Assembly (NCBI GenBank): GCA_913040915.1 | Contig: CAJWHW010000031.1 | Coordinates: 1-22,718, forward strand | DNA length: 22,718 nucleotides | Direction of reading: 5' to 3' | From: an uncultured Fidelibacterota bacterium | Lineage (GTDB): Bacteria; Fidelibacterota; Marinisomatia; Marinisomatales; UBA1611 | Shown: positions 17,921 through 22,718 of the stretch, in pieces | Position numbering within the stretch: the first letter of the stretch is position 1 | Layout of the letters: every line of letters begins with the position of its first letter | Program-made: the position numbers and the translations under genes | Notes under the pieces: model-generated | The model's input: only the letters and a program-made list of their open reading frames with translations | The model's database searches: none | What the model was told of the DNA's origin: nothing

Positions 17921-20900
17921 CTGATTACGGCAAATTTTCCAATAAAAGGTTCAGAGTTTTCATTATTTTTATTGATAACATGGAACAAATACAACCCCGG
18001 GGCTATTTCCTGATTATTAATAGTCCTCATATCCCACCATGCATTACCAGAGTTTGGGTTGGTGTGTTCAATTGTATTCACATGTTCGCCATTAAGCGTA
18101 AATATTTTAATAATACAATTTTCGGTTAAATTTGTAAATCGGATTTGTCTTAGGTGTTCACTTTCTTTGAACCCTGAATGAACGATATAAGGATTTGGCA
18201 CCACACCTACATCTGATAAATCTAACACTGGTCCAACTCCAGGATAAACCTGTAGAAAATTTCTATCTAAAATTGTTGTCCCTTTGGAATTTTCGATAGA
18301 AGCGTATCCATCAGGATCTGCCCATTTATCCGGGTTAGAAAAATTTGTGTCTATTTTTGTTTCAAATTGTCCATTCCCCAAGTCAATGTAGGTCTTATTC
18401 AGAGGGGGTTCGACACCCATATCATATGCTACAACAGAGTATGTATACTGCACACCATCTGTTACATCCATGTCTTCATACATATACCAGAACGTATCAC
18501 TTTCAACTACGAAAGGTTCATCCAGACGAATCATATCTAAACCTGTATCTTCACCAAGAGAAAACCACGGAAAGTATGGATCTTGCCCTTTGATGGAGTG
18601 CCCTCTAATTCCTTCTGATTCGCAATCATTATCTATTTTATAAATGCAATGCAAAGAATCTTTTTCGGCTGAAAGATCAAACTGTTTAAATGGACGCCAC
18701 CCAACAAATACTCCATCATTATTAAAGATCATATCTTTTGCAGAGCCCCATGTCTCTCCCCCATCCAGGCTTTTATAAATTTTATAACCTTCAAAATCTG
18801 CATAACTGGTAACCACATCGACGGATGTCTCTGCCACATCATTCCAATAGATTTTCACTTTTCCGCTTTCTGTGACTGCGTGGGCCGTAGGTTTAGTTGG
18901 TGGTGTAAAACCCTGATAACGTGAATTATACATAACTTGTGCAAATTTTGCATTATTGATCAGGTCTTCTTCATCCTGACCAAAAATGATACAAAATGAG
19001 AAGGGGACTTCTCTACCCACAGGCAGGTCAAATGGACCGCAGGTCATTAAAATAAGAGGATCTACCCCATCTGGCGGACGTTGAAACAATGATTCTTCTT
19101 CAATCCCTTCCAAAGAATCAAAATGAGGATTCAATTCCGAACCAAGATCTGTTCCGGGATTGTCAGTATGGAAATGCCATTCCTTTTCATTGTCACTTAA
19201 ATTGGCAGTATCACCTACCATAAGTTTGTAAAATATCTCTTCTTTATTCCGTGCTTGGGGGCATCCAGGAGTACCGGCATAGCAATCGCCAGATAGGCTT
19301 TCCGGGTGTGTGACACCTGGGCGTACGTACCAGTCCAGCCAATGCCAGTCGGTCATTTTTAGTGGTTCACCTGGGAAAATATCAATGGAACCGTCATTAT
19401 CCAAATCAACCGGAACAGTAGCACGGGGTGAATCCAATAGCTGTGTGGCTACCAGACCAAAATCATTTCCCTGATTAGGTGTTTTCGGGTCCATAGCATA
19501 ACCATATGCACCGGAAGAGACACCATCATAGTCACCAATCATAGCCATACTAACCATGAGGCGGTCATTATTGATCTCAAAGATCTCCCAGTAATACTTC
19601 ATAAAATCATCTGCACTACTCCAGTAGCCATAATTACCATATTTATCACCGGTTAGAATAACGCCATCCATCCAAAACCCCAGACTGGTTCCCTTATAAT
19701 TAAAACCTTTTCCTCGATTCAATTTAGTTCCATCCGGCATAATCATTCCTTCCCCACAAATCTGATTTCCATTCTCATCCAGAATTGGTTCTCCTGTTTC
19801 ATCTTCAGCACACCAGTCACCACTTTCATTTCGAACTTTAACAGTAACAAATAAAATATCTTCCGCGTACGATACACCATAGGAATGGGCTACCGACATC
19901 ACCCTTAATCCCATTGGGTAGCCGGTTTGATTGTACTCGTTGTTTGTATTTACCTGATTACCCCGATGAGCCCAACGATCATCGAACTCCATATAAATAT
20001 CCATATCAGAGACAAAGCGACCTGGTACTTCTTCCCAACAATTGGGATCTTTACGAGAGTTTGAACATCCTGGAAGATTAATATTAAAATCCTGAGCCCA
20101 CCATCCCGGCCAATATGATTCATATTTACCATTAGCCGGGTTATATTTTTTTGGCCAAGTTTGGGAATATCCAGAATGGGCTAATAATGGATAAGTGTCT
20201 CCTGGATCAGTTACATAGGTATTGCCAAAAAGTTCACCCGCACTCACTTCTGTATTATGAGAATTAATTCTCGCCATAGTAACAGGTTGCCAATCCGTAT
20301 TGTATGATGGATTATAGAACGTCAAACAAGATTCTGCTGTATTGGCTCCAAAATAAAAGTATAGATCATCTTCTGTCCATTCTTCATTATCTGGTCCGTA
20401 ATCATATAAATCAAATTGTTCTTCCCGGCTCACAAATTTTGGCCTGAGAGCCCATGGATAGATTAAGCCAATTCTAGATGTAGATTTATTTGGATCTAAA
20501 TCACCCAGTGTACTTATATAAATTTTCTTCTGATCATCATCCAATACCCATTGATAGTCACCTGTAATTTGGGAAGTAGATAATTTTTTAGCTATACTGT
20601 CTGGTTCCCATCGTCCAAAGTCATTATCTGCGTCAAATAGGATTCCCACAAAGTTAGTGTCCCCACCTTCATACCATGCTTCATAACCATCACGTGATTC
20701 CCAAATACTATATTTTGGCAACCCTTCATCATCAATAATCATTTCTGTTAAATCCCAGTTATAATTAGAAGTATAAGATTGACCGGGAATACCGGCCAGG
20801 AAGGTAACTTCATAAAGATAAGAAAAATCACCCCAGGCACCGTTTGGACTCACTTCAATATCTATATAATTCCCATAGTTTGCCAAAGCGCTCTGGGCCT

Positions 20901-21090
20901 TTCCCTGTAAAATATATCCAACAGCACGATCATTCATTGGATTTGTGGGAAATGGATAATCACCAATTCTAGCAGATTGATTATAGTTGAAAGGATCGGA
21001 AGATTTTTCAAAAGGAGGACGTCGTACATCATTGGCCTGAATGATGGTTACCTGGAAAAGGATAAAATAAATAATTTTTAGATTGGACAT
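17917..21090 (-). CDS. Large secreted protein with FN3-like and T9SS-like C-terminal domains, function unknown
   Basis: Signal peptide (IQA-N); PPTKP...KIYW...FEGYKIYKS...YTYSVVAYD (FN3-like); C-terminus VVPNPY...IRFTNL...IKIFTLNGE...WD...IAPGLYLFHV...GKFAVIR. ATGA overlap with the TBDR. Confidence 0.75.
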   Translation of the reverse strand: MSNLKIIYFILFQVTIIQANDVRRPPFEKSSDPFNYNQSARIGDYPFPTNPMNDRAVGYILQGKAQSALANYGNYIDIEVSPNGAWGDFSYLYEVTFLAGIPGQSYTSNYNWDLTEMIIDDEGLPKYSIWESRDGYEAWYEGGDTNFVGILFDADNDFGRWEPDSIAKKLSTSQITGDYQWVLDDDQKKIYISTLGDLDPNKSTSRIGLIYPWALRPKFVSREEQFDLYDYGPDNEEWTEDDLYFYFGANTAESCLTFYNPSYNTDWQPVTMARINSHNTEVSAGELFGNTYVTDPGDTYPLLAHSGYSQTWPKKYNPANGKYESYWPGWWAQDFNINLPGCSNSRKDPNCWEEVPGRFVSDMDIYMEFDDRWAHRGNQVNTNNEYNQTGYPMGLRVMSVAHSYGVSYAEDILFVTVKVRNESGDWCAEDETGEPILDENGNQICGEGMIMPDGTKLNRGKGFNYKGTSLGFWMDGVILTGDKYGNYGYWSSADDFMKYYWEIFEINNDRLMVSMAMIGDYDGVSSGAYGYAMDPKTPNQGNDFGLVATQLLDSPRATVPVDLDNDGSIDIFPGEPLKMTDWHWLDWYVRPGVTHPESLSGDCYAGTPGCPQARNKEEIFYKLMVGDTANLSDNEKEWHFHTDNPGTDLGSELNPHFDSLEGIEEESLFQRPPDGVDPLILMTCGPFDLPVGREVPFSFCIIFGQDEEDLINNAKFAQVMYNSRYQGFTPPTKPTAHAVTESGKVKIYWNDVAETSVDVVTSYADFEGYKIYKSLDGGETWGSAKDMIFNNDGVFVGWRPFKQFDLSAEKDSLHCIYKIDNDCESEGIRGHSIKGQDPYFPWFSLGEDTGLDMIRLDEPFVVESDTFWYMYEDMDVTDGVQYTYSVVAYDMGVEPPLNKTYIDLGNGQFETKIDTNFSNPDKWADPDGYASIENSKGTTILDRNFLQVYPGVGPVLDLSDVGVVPNPYIVHSGFKESEHLRQIRFTNLTENCIIKIFTLNGEHVNTIEHTNPNSGNAWWDMRTINNQEIAPGLYLFHVINKNNENSEPFIGKFAVIR

Positions 21091-21200
21091 CTCCTAAGTT
21101 TACAAAAAGTAAATGTTCATAATAATTGAAATGGTTATCTAAATATTTTTAAAAAATATAAAAAATAAGTTACATCAATTTTCATCATAATTAGTTTAAA

Positions 21201-21246
21201 CAAAAAACCCCACAAACCTTCCAATAGCGAATCAGTTGTGGGGTTT
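21201..21246 (-). terminator. Rho-independent terminator
   Basis: 11-bp perfect stem AAACCCCACAA (21205-21215) / TTGTGGGGTTT (21236-21246) with a 20-nt loop. On the minus strand it runs into a U-tract and begins 21 nt after the upstream stop. Confidence 0.75.
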
Positions 21247-21267
21247 CCTGTTATGGAAAGGGTAAAT

Positions 21268-22718
21268 CTATTTCAAGAGCACCATCTTTCTGGTCTGAAT
21301 GAAATTACCAGCCTGAATCGTATAGATATACATCCCGGCAGCTACAGTTTCACCAAAACTATTGGTAGCGTCCCATCGTATTGATCGGTAGCCTGCTACC
21401 TGCATTTCATTGCCAAACGACTTTATCTTCCGACCCATAAGGTCAAATATAGAGATAGTTACCACCGCATCTTCTGGTAGGTCATATTTAATCGTTGTGG
21501 TGGGATTAAAGGGATTTGGAAAGTTCTGATGGAGCGCAAAAACTTCAGGTATCAGATCAAGATCTGTAGCAAGAACAGTTATATCTACCACATCAGAGAA
21601 GTCACTCTTATTTCCCGCATGATCTACTGCGGCAATGCGGTAGAAATTGCTCTCATTCAACGTATACTCCTGATCCATAAAAAATACATCAAGTAGATTA
21701 TACTGCTCAGGATCTGTAAACGCTTCATCGTAGGATTTTTCAAGTATGAAGTACTGGAAATCATCTTCTTCGTTCATCTCCCAGGATACCTGGATCCCTT
21801 CTTCACCAATCAAAGCCATAAGGCCATTAGGCACACCTGGTGCAATATTGTCAACTGAATAGCCCATCATTGGCGCAGAATGAAAGTGGCCATTATTCAT
21901 AGACGCCACCACCTTGAACCCTGTCATGCCGTCTCCTTCTGCTGTAGAATCCATGAGAGTAGAGACTTCATAGGTGTAGCTCTCCTGCCCTATGGCGGCA
22001 CCGGACCCAACAACAACCCATTCGTAGTTATCATCAACCATATCATGACGGAATACCGTATACATCTGGCCGGTGTGATCCGGCATATCAAAGAAAGACT
22101 TCAGAAAGCTAACGTAAACCCGGCCGCCCTGGTCTTCTGGAACATCTGTGACTGATGTGACCTGGGGATTAAAATACTGAACGGATAAATGGAACGTATC
22201 TGTTATCGTGACTTCACCATCGCTTAGGTGAAGCGGAAAGTGAATATTTACCGGTTCATTGGAGATACCCGTAAGGGCATGTGGATTATTCATGAGTGAC
22301 AGCCAATCAGGATACTCCCATGAATCATCAAAGGATACTACCAATAAATCCATATCAACATCTGACACATGGATAGGAACGTGGAACTCTGTCCCTGCGG
22401 GCGCTAAAGCATGTAGATTATGAAACATAGGATGATCATTGACCGGTTCCACTGTAAGGATAAAGGATGCTGTGTCATTGCTATCATATTCAAACTCACT
22501 GTAGGCTATCACCGTAATCTCTGCTGAACCGTTCCAATCTGGTTCAGTGTGGATGTGCAGCATATCTTCTTCCACTACATGGGTGAACACAGTGCCTGTA
22601 TCGCTGTAAGCTTCAAAATAGATATCGTAGTCCTGCTCGGAATCTGCTGAAAGCTGAAGGATAAGCTCGCTGTCTTCATCCATGGACGTATCTTGCATGG
22701 CCGTTATGGTAGGCGGTA
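21268..22718 (-). CDS. Secreted Ig/cadherin-like plus FN3 protein with T9SS type-A/FlgD-like C-terminal domain (5' truncated by window)
   Basis: Frame stays open past 22698 to the window edge (..PPTITAM). Contains LTVEPVNDHP cadherin-like linker, DVPEDQGG, SVDNIAPGVP...YRIAAVDHAGNKS and C-terminal FALHQNFPNPFNPTTTIKYDLP...WD...GMYIY...KMVLLK. Confidence 0.85.
   Translation of the reverse strand, partial: PPTITAMQDTSMDEDSELILQLSADSEQDYDIYFEAYSDTGTVFTHVVEEDMLHIHTEPDWNGSAEITVIAYSEFEYDSNDTASFILTVEPVNDHPMFHNLHALAPAGTEFHVPIHVSDVDMDLLVVSFDDSWEYPDWLSLMNNPHALTGISNEPVNIHFPLHLSDGEVTITDTFHLSVQYFNPQVTSVTDVPEDQGGRVYVSFLKSFFDMPDHTGQMYTVFRHDMVDDNYEWVVVGSGAAIGQESYTYEVSTLMDSTAEGDGMTGFKVVASMNNGHFHSAPMMGYSVDNIAPGVPNGLMALIGEEGIQVSWEMNEEDDFQYFILEKSYDEAFTDPEQYNLLDVFFMDQEYTLNESNFYRIAAVDHAGNKSDFSDVVDITVLATDLDLIPEVFALHQNFPNPFNPTTTIKYDLPEDAVVTISIFDLMGRKIKSFGNEMQVAGYRSIRWDATNSFGETVAAGMYIYTIQAGNFIQTRKMVLLK

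Noticed and set aside
21143..21159. Palindrome ATATTTTT-A-AAAAATAT
   Set aside because: Pure A/T in a very AT-rich spacer, so expected by chance.
245..22155. Short antisense or alternate-frame ORFs (e.g. 245-487, 2541-2738, 6239-6719, 7524-8273, 14047-15224, 17887-18593, 21880-22155)
   Set aside because: All lie almost entirely within well-supported genes and have no recognisable motifs; they are shadow ORFs.

Overview
AT-rich bacterial window with 17 credible genes, all on the minus strand. Gene content and protein style suggest the FCB superphylum, possibly Ca. Marinimicrobia/SAR406 (inference only). In transcription order (right to left): a 5'-truncated, GC-richer secreted Ig/cadherin/FN3 protein with a T9SS type-A/FlgD-like C-terminal domain, followed by an intrinsic terminator; a 1057-aa secreted protein with a second type of sorting-like C-terminal domain, translationally coupled to a TonB-dependent receptor; trxA-trxB; a degenerate orphan ABC ATPase; a tightly coupled run of rfaE1 (heptose kinase), beta-propeller protein, GWxTD protein, Fe-S PD-(D/E)XK nuclease and RNase HI; mreB-mreC-mreD-mrdA-rodA; a CpoB/YbgF-like TPR protein; a glycogen synthase-like protein with only its N-terminal domain; and an acidic lipoprotein. 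I found no tRNA, rRNA, CRISPR array or mobile element. The leads most worth following are the SusD-less TBDR plus giant secreted partner (with a T10 tract at the receptor's 5' end), two apparent pseudoenzymes (half GT5 and degenerate ABC ATPase), and the nuclease/RNase H pair coupled into an envelope operon. Family calls come from recalled motifs; no searches were run.
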